NCBI GenBank assembly: GCA_012026655.1
Contig: JAAILG010000001.1
Span: 124,001-188,000 of the forward strand
Direction: 5' to 3'
DNA length: 64,000 nt
From: Hydrolagus affinis
Lineage: Eukaryota
The notes beneath the pieces are model-generated. The model searched no databases, was not told the origin of the DNA, and saw nothing but the letters and a program-made list of their open reading frames with translations. The translations under genes and the position numbers were made by a program. Positions within the stretch are counted from its first letter, which is position 1, and each line of letters starts with the position of its first letter. This document shows positions 37,783 through 49,590 of the stretch, in pieces.

Positions 37783-38613
37783 TCCTATCATGATTCCGCG
37801 GTGAACAAAGAATTTAAAGTAGGACCCCAGTTTACTCTGCCTCTGATTTTCTTGTTGCATGTGTCACAGTATGGCAATGCTTTTTAATGGCCAGAGGTTT
37901 ATGCTAACCTTAAGTCAATGCTAGAATAATTTTGAACATTAATGTGTCACCTCTGACATTTTCCATGATGTATTTTTTTGGCTGTAAAGTAGCTGACATC
38001 TGAGTAAAAGTAATAATTAAAATATTGTATTCCTTTCCCCACAACATATTTTAATTCCTTTCAAGCTTTCCATTGTTCCATTATTTATGCTATAGATTGA
38101 TTAAATTACCATCAGTGTGAAATTCCCCTCAAGGTGCTTTAAGAATTCTATGGTAAGTGAAGTCTTAATTTCAGGAAATGTAAATGTTATGTATAAGCTC
38201 TGTAAAGTTTAACAGTGTCTCAATTATACAATCTGTGATGTTTTCACTACATTAATAATTTATTTGGAAAAAGGTTTCCTTCTTATTTTACTTTTCACCT
38301 CACCATAAATACCACTTGTGCTTCATGATGAATTCCACATTTCTTTCTTGTTAAAAATAGTCTGGCCTCAATTGTACTCGTGTGTGATGGTAGTACCACA
38401 TCAGCTTTATATTAGTATACATAGTATAGCCTGAAGTGATTTGCATTGCTAGTTGCCGCAAGACAGAAAATCTAAGAGAAATAGATCATGTAAATCATAC
38501 TATTGATGAATATGTAACTTACGAATAACAACAACATACCAGTGCAAACTTACTAATAACTTCTTTTTTCTATTTTTATTTTTCCTATTATGCAATGATC
38601 CAAATCATCATTG

Positions 38614-38918
38614 TAGAGTCCTGTAGCTCAGTGGTTAGAGCACTCACCTTATAAGCGAGAGACCTGGGTTCGATTCCAGACATGTCAGGGCGAAACTTTG
38701 GGCAAGTTTCCTTACTCCACATGTCTGATAATAATCCCTAAAAAAAAATTGGTCATTTCAATCCATGACTGTTTGTGGGACACTGCTGTGCGCAAATGGC
38801 TGCCGCGTTTCGTCCACAAATATATAGTCAATTTACTTACACTATATTCTGTGAAGCGCTTTGAGATGTCTAGAAGATGTGAAAAGCACTATATCAAATG
38901 CAAGGATTATTATTATTA
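38614..38918 (+). mobile_element. Full-length tRNA-derived SINE, best-preserved copy
   Basis: A box TAGCTCAGTGG, B box GGTTCGATTCC, core gactgtttgtgggacactgctgtgcgcaaatggctgccgcgtttcg, and tail caaatgcaaggattattattatt. Confidence 0.95.
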
Positions 38919-39371
38919 TCCACCTTGTATCAATGTATCTTTTAAGGCTTTGGTTTGTTGGATTGAGAACTGAGAATACATCTACTGCTCCATGTCTTAC
39001 TGGATGAAACCAAACCACCATCAATGCCTTTAAATGTAGTGAATTTGACAGGTGTATCTCCTTGAAGCTGATTCACCCTGAAAGAGATCTGATGCCCGTC
39101 CCACGGAAAATATAGGGAAATAGAAACAAATCAGAACAAAAAAGTGCTAAAAAGTTGCTATGGTTCAGTTTGTACCACACTCGCCTATGTGTCAGAAAGA
39201 TGTGGGTTCAAACATCACATCTGGATTTTGGTCCAATCCAATTGATACTTCCCTAAAACATTTACTGCTGAGATTATGTTGTGGTAATTCTTCCTAGGGG
39301 ACATAATAATGTAGAGCAGGGGAAAAACTAGGTCTATTCCATTTTCCTCACATCATTTAGTATCCCATTCA

Positions 39372-39493
39372 AAATAATAATAAAATAATAATAATCCTTG
39401 CATTTGATATAGTGCCTTATCACATTGTTGAGAATCTCAAGAGCTTCACAGAATATACTTTAAAGTGAATCACTGTATATTTTGTGAGCGAAA
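39372..39493 (-). mobile_element. SINE 3' fragment
   Basis: aataataatccttgcatttgatatagtgcc...cttcacagaatatac...ctgtatattttgtgagcgaaa. Confidence 0.88.
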
Positions 39494-39509
39494 TGGTCTC
39501 TAAATGGTG

Positions 39510-40390
39510 TGACAAATTCTTTCTGCCTCAACATCGTCTATTTTCCTCTAAAAACTGTTGAAATCAACATCTGCTTATTTCCTTTTGCATACATCAACCA
39601 AGTCCACGTTTCTGTTCTAAGTGGCAGTCATTCTGAAATGAACAACTGTGAATAAATTTGTTGCTATTACATATCCAGCTCATGTTTCACTCGTCTAATA
39701 ATTTTTTTTCCTAATTCTACACAAATTGCTTCTCCATATTCAACTCCCTTCGTGATATTAAAGACTTGTTTTGTGTTCCCCTCAACGATGCTCTTTTGTC
39801 TTAATGAGAACAGATTGAACTCTCTTATCCTTTCTTCCTGCCACAGTGAACAAGTGCTAGAAGTATCCTTGTAGCAGTCCTTTGAATCAATCCACTGACA
39901 CTTTCATTGTATCTACACTGATGAAATACTGCCATAATATTCCATATATGATTTAAGCATTGATTTGTACAGTCATTTTATCAATTCTTTTGAATGATGT
40001 TTTATGGATCCTCAGCGTTCTACTTGGTCAATCACTATCTTACCTTCTGACGACTGCTTCAACATTTACTCAACGATCATAGTCAAATACTTTTCCTTTT
40101 CCACTTTGGTTCACAACAAACCATATTGATTAATTTTATTTGAAGTACCACCACTACACATTTCCATAAAATTTTCAGTATCAAGCCTGAATATTAAATA
40201 GCTTTTTTCCATTTATCTGTTCATTTGTTAAGTTTTTCTTTAGAGTTCTTTGAACTATATCCTCTCCTCAGAACATCCCGGTTTCGTACAGAACTTGGTA
40301 TAATTTAAAAATATTATGAACAGCAAAGGCATCTAAGATTATTCCCTGGGAGAACTCTCCCGGCTAATTAGAACTCTTACCATTGATAAG
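39510..40390 (-). mobile_element. Highly degraded CR1 ORF2 3' half
   Basis: The reverse complement reads caggaagaaaggataagagagttcaatctgttctcattaag..cgttgaggggaac (EER...NLFSL..R.RG) and ggagagttctcccagggaat (a G.PQG remnant). Confidence 0.6.
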
Positions 40391-40619
40391 AATGAATAGA
40401 ATAGTCTCTTCTGAAATGCCAGTAGTACAGAAGAGTCCCTTGAGATAAGACATGCAATCATAAATCAGCCACTGATAATGACAACACCTCCTGGTTGGGG
40501 AGGGACATGATCTCTGTCACCTTGCTCAAAAAACGAAGAACATCCATTAAGAGGGAAAGGAGTGACTGAAATCAAAGCCTGGGGCATAATTCAAAGGAAG
40601 GATGAGGAAGGATTGCAAA

Positions 40620-42670
40620 ACTTTGTGAGGACTGACTGGATTGATGAGAAGGAGGAAATTAAAATAAACATTACTTTGGTCATAGCACTGTAACTGCTGG
40701 TGGAAGAATGGGTGTAATCAGCCAAAATTCATGATCTTGTAGCTCATTCATGGAAGAAATAGATCCAAGACATTAATTCCACAAAGTTGAAATTTACTCT
40801 TTAATGAATATGATAGAAGGCCTATGTCCATTGTTTTTTTTTCTCTCTCTTATAGAGAGTTGTGTTCTTGTACTTCAGCTAAGAAGGAAAATTAAGCAGA
40901 ACATGGATATCTCAAAAATCTGTAAAACTTGTTAAGGTCTGTGGTAGGAGAAATAATTCAGCCTACAGGCTTTATTTCTTGGGGAGAATTGTTATCACAA
41001 CACATTTTTTTTCCATTTAGGATAACCAATTATACACATGGCCAATCCAGCACACATACAACATAGTACATATTCCAGAACACATACAACAAAGTAAGAC
41101 CAGGGGCACCTTTCTTATTCAGACAGAATACATTCCCAAGCAAGATTTTCTGTGTCTGAAGACTTGAGGGTAAAGCAGGCTTTAAATACCATCATCGACA
41201 GCTCTGTGGTGATTGATATGAAATTTCCTCTCCAATGGAGTTCAAGCCGCGATGAAGGTGGAAATGCCCAATAGGTTTCTCAACCGTCTTTTGTTTGTTT
41301 GTTTCCTAAGTAGTGGGGAAACAAAAGAAAGTGGATCTAGTAAGAAGTTTAGATTCTGTAAGCTCAAAATCCATCAAGGAAATCATTTCTAAATAGATTC
41401 ACCCTGAGATCCTTTGGCTTTTTTTAAATTTCCATCTTGACAGGTTTTTCATTTCACAAACTGATTCAATAGTTGGAGGTTGAGAACTAGTTAACCCCAC
41501 TTCCAAGCTCTTGGAAAATGAAAACATAGAGTTGAGCCAACAGGAACTGAAGTTATTATGTGGAGGTTCTTTTGGCACTAAATTGGAGACCCTTGAGCTT
41601 ATAACTGTTCTATGGACATAAGAATAAATCAGGGTGTTTGGGAGGGTTTGCTTGCCAGGAAAAAAAAAGTTTTTTTTTGTTGAAAATAGTCCCACGTTAA
41701 CAGATGGTAATTCATGAAATATCTTTTCAAACATCTGACCTTTGGAAACAGTGGAAGAATCAATGCTTCTCAGTATATGTGAGCATGGCCACTGACAACT
41801 GGAGCTTGACAGATTTCTCTGTCTTCTGCAGAGCTTCCGTATACTAAGAACTTAAAAGACATGTCAAAATTAGAGAATTTAGACAGTGGTTCAAGAGCTG
41901 CCTTGTCCAGCACACAAACTTTTAAGAGCTTGTTAGTTCTGTGGCTAAATTTCCATAAGTGGGTCAGGCTTGCAATAGTGTCAGCTTTGCAGCATGGAAT
42001 GACTAATGACTTCAGGTGAGCCTGGAATTGCTCCACAAACATGGAGGCAGAGTCTCCAGAGGAGTTGTGAAATTGATAGTTTTGTCATGCAAGAAGGATG
42101 GGACCAACAATAATGTGTGCAACCTTTCACTAAGCAGTATACAAAGCATGCTCTCATTATGGAAGGAGGCAAACCACCTGGTAAGCAGCAACCAAACAGA
42201 ACTGTTACCTGGATTGGAATGTCAAAAAAAACAATGGAATTTCAGGAGGTTGCATCTGCTTTACCAGCTCAAACGCCATGATTTAGAACTCGTGCAAGGG
42301 AAGCCCTATTATTATAGTAATTGTCTCTTCGAGAAGTGAATGTTTGCTAAAAACCTCATGCTTGCAAGGCCCCATTGGCTCCCAGTGAATTCATTTTGTG
42401 ATCCTCATTCTGACCTTCAAAATCATTCATGATCTTGCTCCTCTTTACTTCTCCAATCCCCTTTAGTTCTGTTCTCTTTGCCCCATGCCCCGTGTTCTTC
42501 CAACTGTGGTCAGCTGTGTGTTCCCCACTTTCTCTGTACCACCATCTGCAGCTGAGTCTTCAGCCGCAACTCTGCAGAACTCCCTTCCAAAATCCCTTTA
42601 ACGTGTAGCCTCTTTCCCCACATTTAAAGCACTTGTATAATGCATTTTTTTTTCATCATGCTTTTGGTCA
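40620..42670 (+). mobile_element. Very ancient L2 ORF2 fossil (APE endonuclease, RT, C-terminus)
   Basis: Remnant motifs in the correct order: T.WI (~40635), GG..GVI (~40700), GDFN-like (~40980), SKLLE (~41502), TVEESMLL (~41750; cf. DTVDH.ILL), QWFKSCL (~41885), W...N.L....TE (~42160), LELVQ (~42284), HWLPV and ILILTFK (~42372-42420). Confidence 0.6.
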
Positions 42671-42974
42671 AAAATCTTAAAACTCCTCTTCCTCTCCTCC
42701 TGTTTTGTATTCAGGAAGGTTGCTCTCTATATTACTATATTTGCTGTTCATAATTATCCTTGAAATACCAACTGAGTCAAGCTGATACCTGTTGTTGTCA
42801 ATTAAATGATCAAGATCGGGTGTAATTTGCAAAGAACAGAACTTTCAGAGTTAAGAAGAAAGTGGAGGCAAATGCTACACAATTGCTGGTTCAGTAGAAG
42901 TGTAAAATTGTTACAAAAATTTCTCAAACTGAAATACAGTATATGAAAAAATATTAGAGGTAAATTCAAAATAT

Positions 42975-43022
42975 AATACAAAATTACATTTGTAAAGCAT
43001 CTTTCATGTCAGGAGGACGTCC
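42975..43022 (-). mobile_element. L2 3' tail fragment
   Basis: caaaattacatttgtaaagcatctttcatgtcaggaggacgtcc. Confidence 0.75.
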
Positions 43023-44094
43023 CCCGGGAGTGATGATATCAATTTTTTAACCTCAGTTTTGCAAAATAAAGCAGAGATGTGGGATTGTGAAACTACAACG
43101 ATGTTTATATTCTGAAAGTTATGTGGGAAGAGACAAGAATAACAGTCGTTTCCCTCAGGCTAGTGACAAGGCAAATAATCTCTGCTGCCTTATCTGGATC
43201 CCCAACAAATACTAACAATCTATTTCGCCACAAGGAAAGAAAACACAATTCTTTAAAATGACTTATTTTCTGTCTGAAGTGTTTCAAAAGCATTATTTGT
43301 GACGAGAAGGAACTCTGTCAGAGTATTATGATAAAATACAAACAAGGAAGTATATATCCTGCTGGATAAATCCCATACCTCTCAACTACTTTCACTGCTG
43401 GTTTAAGTCTTGTGATGCTGACTGGCAAATATGTGGCTCAATGTTGAAAAAATACATTTAAATGTTCATTTAACTTTCGAATTATGATGGATACTCTCAT
43501 GCACTAGCTCTGAAAGATCCTGACTAAGTGTCAGACACTGGAAGTAATGCAGCACTGCGAGCGTCTCATTATAAATCCACATTATCCCAATTGATACACT
43601 TAGCAACAAGAGAAATTGTTTGACTATAATTATGCAGACAGTCTTAGACTGAGTGTGCATTGGATTTCAGCCCAGATTGTTGCCTGTCCATTTCCTAGAA
43701 CAATAATTTTACTTTTAAATTGAACTAAGCATATAACATGACAATAAGATATAGTATAATATTTTAGATGTTGAAATAAATGGAGAAATAAAACGGAACA
43801 AATTGCATGCTTTACAATCCATATAAAAAGAAGAAGGCAATTAAACTGCAGCTTTGCCAATATATAGTAAAGTACTTTCTAAATAGAATCTGCATCTCAG
43901 AGAATGCATTGAGCATGAAGGTATTGCTGAAATGTACATTTAGACAATCCTTGTGCTTATTTATTTACCTCTGAACTTGCTTCTTGGTTTTCAAAGAAAG
44001 GTGCCTTATTGCTCTTAGAGATTTGATAAAGATATATTTTTTAAATCCATCAGTGAAACAAAAAAGTAGAAGCATTTCACTTTACAATAATCAT

Positions 44095-44505
44095 TATTAT
44101 ATTTTATAATACAGTATACAATAGTACCTTATTAGATCCTCAGGATGTCTCAAAGTGGCTTCACTGGATTTATTGTAAAGAATAGTGATTGGCAGCCAAT
44201 GCAAGTACATCAATGTTCTATAATCAACTATGAAATGGATGACCAAATTAATTTGGGAATTGTTGGCCAAGAAACTGGGAGAAAAATTATCTTCTCTTTG
44301 CGAACAGTGCCATGGAATCTTACCGTCCCCCTTAACAGAGGCATGATTTAACAGCTGATTCAAAGCAAGGCACCTATGATAATCAATGCTCCCTCAGGTA
44401 AATTTTGGCATGTCAGCCTAGATTGTATGTTCAGAGTCACGATATGGGGCTTGAATCCAAAGTCTTCTCACTCAAAGGTGAGTGATACCAAGTGACCTTA
44501 GCTGC
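44095..44505 (-). mobile_element. Degraded Deu-domain SINE
   Basis: gatgtctcaaagt, gcagccaat, gttggccaag, gtgccatggaatctt, tgtcagcctagatt, ggggcttgaa..cttctcactcaaaggtgag occur in SINE order on the reverse complement. Confidence 0.75.
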
Positions 44506-45624
44506 CACTGTTAGATTCTGTTTGACCTGCAATGGATTATCAGCATTTTCCACTTTTATTGCTGATAGTTAGCATTTGCAGTCTTTCTTTTCATTAATCA
44601 TTTTGCCCCACAAAAGATAGATGTTGCAACAATGAATACAGAGGAATACCCTTGATTGTCTAGCAGATAACTAGCTAGTAATGGGAGTTACGTGATCAGT
44701 AAATTAAAATGGATAAAATGGTTTAAAATGTACAGTACATGAAAACGATGTGTTGGAAAATGTTTCCAATTACAGAAAACTTTAAAATAAATCAAACATT
44801 TATTGAGAAACTGATGGAAATCACGGATTAAGCTACAAAACAGTTTCTGTTCATCAGATCTCAGTAGATATTTGGAGAATTGTAGTGGTCCTTTGGGGGT
44901 GGGACATGAACAGATTAACAAAGGATTTTGATAACAAAGGAAGCATTAACAGAACCACTGACAGTGAGTAAGAGATTAACTCTAAGGACACTAAGCAAAG
45001 GACATTTTCTTTGTTTTTATACGGAGGATTGTTCCTATTTGTAAAGTGATCACTATTAGGGTAATATAATATGTGCTGATAATATAAGTTAGAAATAAGT
45101 AAAGTTGTCAATTGTAAGATACTATAGCAGAGGAAAATATATACAAGATGCATCAAGATATAATATCACTTATAGGGGGGGTGGTAGATGTGAGATTCAG
45201 GAGAATAAGTGTGTTAAAACCATGACGGATCTTCCAACCTGTTAGATAAGATATTGATTTTAAACATGTCTACATTTTATCATTTGCAAGAATTATTACT
45301 ATATTATTAGTAGTATTTGAATCCACAGATTAATATTTTGCCTATCAAGATGATTACAACTACAGAAGGAATAAGCGAATTATCCTGTTGGGAGGCAATT
45401 TATTGTTGTGATATGATTATTATTTCAGGCAGCAGGGGGTTGAAGGGAGGTTATTTTGGCAAAAGCAAAATAAGAAAGGAAGAAACACTACCAATACAAC
45501 AATAATAACATATATTTTGCTTGTAAGGAATTGCATATTTATGCTGTGAGTAAACCGAGTCATGGGAGGAAAACAAAAGAGAAAAATTAAGAAATAATGG
45601 TAAAGGAAGATATTGAAAGGGCCA

Positions 45625-47043
45625 CAGAATCATAGAATCATAGAATTTTACGGCACAAAAGGAGGCCATTCGGCCCATCTAGTCTGTGCCGGTTCTTTAA
45701 AAAGAGCAACTCAATCCCATTGCCTGCTCTCTCCCCATAACCTAACAGACCTGTTCTCCCTAAATAAAGATCTAATTCTCTTTTAAAAGCTGTTATCAAA
45801 TCGGCCCCCACTACTTTTTCAGGCAATGCATTCCAGATTCGAATAACCCGCTGAGAGTGAAAAAATTTCTCCTCAGCTCCCCTCTGCTTCATTTTGAAAC
45901 TATTTTAAATCTGTGACCACGAGTCACAGATTCGCCCACTAGTGGAAAAAGTTTTTCCTTATTCACCCTGTCGAATCCCCTCATGATTTTATAAACCTCT
46001 GTTAGATCTCCTCTCAACCTTCTCTGTTCCAAAGAGAATAAACCTAACGTATAGCCTTTCCCCATAACTGAAGTCCCTCAATTCTGGTACCATTCTAGTA
46101 AACCTTCTTTGCACCCTTTCCAATGCCTTAACATCCTTTCCATAGTGTGGTGACCAGAATTGGACACAGTACTCCAGCTGAGGCTAACCGATCCCTGGGG
46201 GATGCCACTGCATACTTCCCTCCAGTCTGAAAAACAGCCGCTCACCACAACTCTCTGCTTTCTGTCTCGCAGCCAGTTGTGGATCCATGCTGCCACTGTC
46301 CCTTTAACACTGCAGGCCTCTACTTTCCTAATAAGCCTCTCATGTGGCACTTTGTCAAATGCCTTTTGAAAGTCCATGTAAACTACATCAACTGCGCTAC
46401 CCTCGTCCACGAATTCTGTTACTTCATCAAAAAATTCTATCAGATTTGTAAGGCAAGATTTGCCTTTAACAAATCCATGCTGGCTGTCCTTTATTAGCGT
46501 ATATCTTTCTAAGTGAAGATCTATCTTGTCCCTAATTATAGACTCTAGAAGTTTGCCCACTACCGACGTTAGACTGACTGGCCTGTAGTTCCCAGGTTTG
46601 TCCTTCTGCCCCTTTTTATACAGGGGAGTAACATTTGCAACCTTCCAGTCCTCTGGCACCACCCCTGTGTCCAAGGAAGATTGAAAGATTGTGGCCAGAG
46701 TCTCTGCTATTTGTTCCCGTACTTCCCTTAGTAATCTAGGATGCATCCCATCCGGACCGGGTGACTTATCTACCTTAAGCGCCGTCAACCTTTTTAGTAC
46801 TTCCTCTCTGTTGATACTAATCCTATCTATTTCTTCTACCCTCTCCTCCAATACTGTAGCATTGGCTGCATCCTCTTCTCTTGTGAAGACAGAGGCAAAG
46901 TACTCATTCAGTACATCAGCCATGCCCTCTGCTTCCATAATAAGATTTCCTCCTTGGCCCCTAATTGGCCCCACCCTACCCTTGACCAATCTTTTACTCT
47001 TAATATGTTTGTAAAATACCTGAGGGTTCCCTTTAATGTTACC
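45625..47043 (-). mobile_element. Young CR1 LINE, 5'-truncated, with internal deletion
   Basis: An uninterrupted ORF has KSPGPDGMHPRLL, NYRPVSLTSVVGKLLE, QHGFVKGKSCLTNL, YMDFQKAFDKVPH and SGIPQGSV. The C-terminus has FFHSQRVIRIWNALP..FKRELD. The 3' UTR has gggccgaatggcctcct and an (ATTCTATG)n tail. Confidence 0.97.
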
Positions 47044-47094
47044 TGTATTACATACACACTAAATGAAGCAGGAGCCTTGAAAAATGAAGGATAT

Positions 47095-47310
47095 AATGTA
47101 TATCATGGTAAAAGAGTTTTGAAGAAGTTGTAAGCAGGCCACTCGGAGAATATCTTGAGCAAAGATATGTGAAAGGGCTAATGTCCAGCAGTATTTTGAG
47201 ATTTGGGAGGATTGTAGTGGAGATAAATACTGCTGTTTTGTTCTTACAGGGCTCTAGAGCTAGTAGGTTTGATGAACCAAATGGTCTTTTCCTGCTCTGA
47301 GCTTTTCATG
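47095..47310 (+). mobile_element. Degraded CR1 3' end
   Basis: ctagtaggtttgatgaaccaaatggtcttttcctgctctg resembles the CR1 3' UTR; upstream ttgtagtggagataaatac. Confidence 0.45.
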
Positions 47311-48149
47311 TCTATCTTGAAGGAAATTAAAAAAAAGTTTGTCTTTGGTATCTGCAGTGAAATTTATGATGCAAATGGCAATCTTAAAAAGGAAACAAAA
47401 ATAAATTGCCAGGAAATTGCAAGATCACAGTGTAAAATTAGAACAATCTGCTGGATTACTTGAAGTGCTAAAATGTGCGTACCAGCGTCATCTGCAGAAA
47501 ATTGATTGAAACAAGTAGTTGGAAAGATAAAAAGGAAGGAAGAATTATGTTTGAAATGGGTCTGAAAACGAAATTAAGTGGTCAATAAGAATGGGCTATA
47601 TTTAAATGAACATGGGCCTGGAAAATTGGACCTGAATATATGTAAAGTAACTATGAAATATTCAAATTACCAGCTGAAAGGGTAAGGTACAAGGAGAAAC
47701 ATATTAAAGTGAGAATAATGGGAAGTATTGTAGCGTTGGTAAAGGAGATGAGAAGTTAATAATAAAGAAGGTAAAAGTCAATAAACGAATGATCACTATT
47801 GACAAATCAAATGTTTTTGTACAAGCCTAAGGAGTATAGAAAACTCGGCAATGGAGTTTCCGGGGTTTATATTGAACAAGGATACCATTGGCCTGATAGA
47901 AATATGGCTAAAATAACAATGAATATGAATTTCTTATACGTACTTAGATTTAACATGTTTCGAAGGAATAGGAACAGATATTAGGGGAAGGGGGAGACAT
48001 TGCAAATAAAGGAGTGTCTGAAACTTAGCAACAGAATACATTTGACTTTGACTCATCATCGGAGAGTTACATTATTGTGAAAATCTCTGACAAAAAGGGA
48101 AGTTAATCTTTTTGAATTTCTAAAGCCCACTGATAAAACAGTGACATTC

Positions 48150-48375
48150 TAGTACAGAATTACACAGAATAGTATAGCACAGCCACAGTCTTCAGGCACA
48201 AAGTCCAAGCCAAGATTTATACCTCTCCTCTCCTATTCCCCTGAGTGTGCACCCAGACTTCTCTTAAATACATCGATTACTTTTGCTTGAACTATAGCTT
48301 CCATCAGCAAGTTCCACATTCTTACCACTCTGTGTGGAAAAGTTCTTCCTAAACTCTCTATTAGATCTACTATTG
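48150..48375 (-). mobile_element. CR1 3' fragment
   Basis: The ORF track gives GRTFPHRVVRMWNLL..IDVFKRSL. A tail-like cagaattacacagaat lies at 48155. Confidence 0.75.
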
Positions 48376-48411
48376 CTGCAGAAGAAGATGATAAATCAAT
48401 CTGAGGGATTT

Positions 48412-48763
48412 TAAAATAATAATAATCCTTGCCATTGATAGAGCACCTTATCATGTCACTGAGATGCCTCAAAGCACTTTACAGAATGTACTATAGAGGC
48501 CTGTAGCTCGGTGATTAGAGCTCTCGCTGTGGGACACTGCTGTGGGTAATCGGCTGCCACGTTTCGCCCCACAAATATACACTCCATTCATTTTACAGTA
48601 TATTCTGTGAAGTGCTTTGAGACTCTAGAAAACATGAAAAGCACTACATCAAATGCAAGGATTATTATTATAAAGTGAATTGACTGTATATTTTGTGGGT
48701 GAAATGCAGCAGACAATTGAGCACAGCAGTATCCCACAAACAATTGTGGATTGAGTGACCAAT
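48412..48763 (-). mobile_element. SINE (minus strand) carrying an antisense SINE of the same family at 48494-48670
   Basis: The host reads ...acagaatgtacta | insert | taaagtgaattgactg, against the consensus cagaatatactgtaaagtgaattgactg. The insert starts tagaggcctgtagctcgg and ends ggattattatta. Confidence 0.88.
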
Positions 48764-49333
48764 TATTATTATTATATTTAGACCCTATCAATAATTTTAG
48801 GGCAAGCTTTCAGCATATCCCTTTCTAGTCACTAAAAGTTTAGGAGATACATTTTAAAATGAGTAAATAGAGACTGGCAACGAAAGAATCATTAAAAAAA
48901 AACCTGCAGTGCTTGAGTATTATAAGACGACAGGACCTGATGGAATATATCCAAGAATACTTAAAGAAATGAGGATAGAATTGGGTGTGGGCGGTTAGAA
49001 GCTGTGTCTAAAATTTCACAGCTCATTAAAAACAGGGGTGCTAGTAGGCTCTAAGATGTTTAATGCTGTCCTTTTCTTTTTTTTAATCAAAAAAGTCAGA
49101 AACATTACCCTGGGAATTATAAACTTGTCTGTAAGCTTGTTGTCCATGTCTGTAAAAATATTGGAGCCTATGATAAAGGAAATCATTGAACAGAGTAAAG
49201 GCAATAACTCCAAGTCAAAATAGATTAGGCGTCCAAAATGTTGCTTGAATTTGTTCAGAATAAATCAGAATTTTGGAATGATGAGCTGCTGAATACTATA
49301 TACTGTATTCTGGATTTTAAATGCATTAGAAAG

Positions 49334-49390
49334 CATAACCTGCTGGCTCTTTGTATCTGTGCAAAACCTAATCACTTAAACAGATGAAGT
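49334..49390 (+). repeat. Spaced direct duplication, copy 1 (copy 2 at 49819-49875)
   Basis: 57 bp, 52 of 57 identical. The core tttgtatctgtgcaaaacctaatcacttaaacag is exact. Period 485 bp. Confidence 0.92.
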
Positions 49391-49511
49391 GGTTTACAAG
49401 AAAGAACCTTTTAACTAAAGTAAAACAATGATTGGAATGAAGAAGAACGAGAGGTTGGATAGCTGTGATCAGAAATACTTGTAGAATAAGGCTTGCGACC
49501 TTGGTATGTTA

Positions 49512-49590
49512 TATGTGAAGCACTCAAAGATGTCTTGAAGACATGGTAAGGCGCAATATCAAATGCAAGAATTATTAGTATTATTGTTAT
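49512..49590 (+). mobile_element. SINE tail fragment
   Basis: gtgaagcactcaaagatgtcttgaagacatggtaaggcgcaatatcaaatgcaagaattatt. Confidence 0.75.

Larger units (their letters stand above)
47560..49330 (+). mobile_element. Old CR1 fossil (ORF1 end, APE start, RT start), interrupted by younger insertions at 48150-48765
   Basis: aatgggctatatttaaat (cf. DGLHLN), tgtttcgaaggaatagg..ggaagggggag (FRR.R..G.G), ggacctgatggaatatatccaagaatacttaaagaa (GPDGIYPRILKE), cctgggaattataaacttg (PGNY), tattctggattttaaatgcatt. Confidence 0.65.

Noticed and set aside
38614-38690. tRNA gene (also 11553-11630)
   Set aside because: The tRNA-like head has no proper acceptor stem and runs directly into a multi-copy SINE body.
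42016-42339. Gypsy RNase H-like ending (LKRHDLELVQGK)
   Set aside because: It is better explained as the L2 LQLVQN motif, since HWLPV and ILILTFK follow directly.
46078-46989. 303-aa ORF as a host gene or domesticated RT
   Set aside because: It is a 5'-truncated CR1 ORF2 fragment with the CR1 3' UTR and tail attached, and it lacks the catalytic DD motif.
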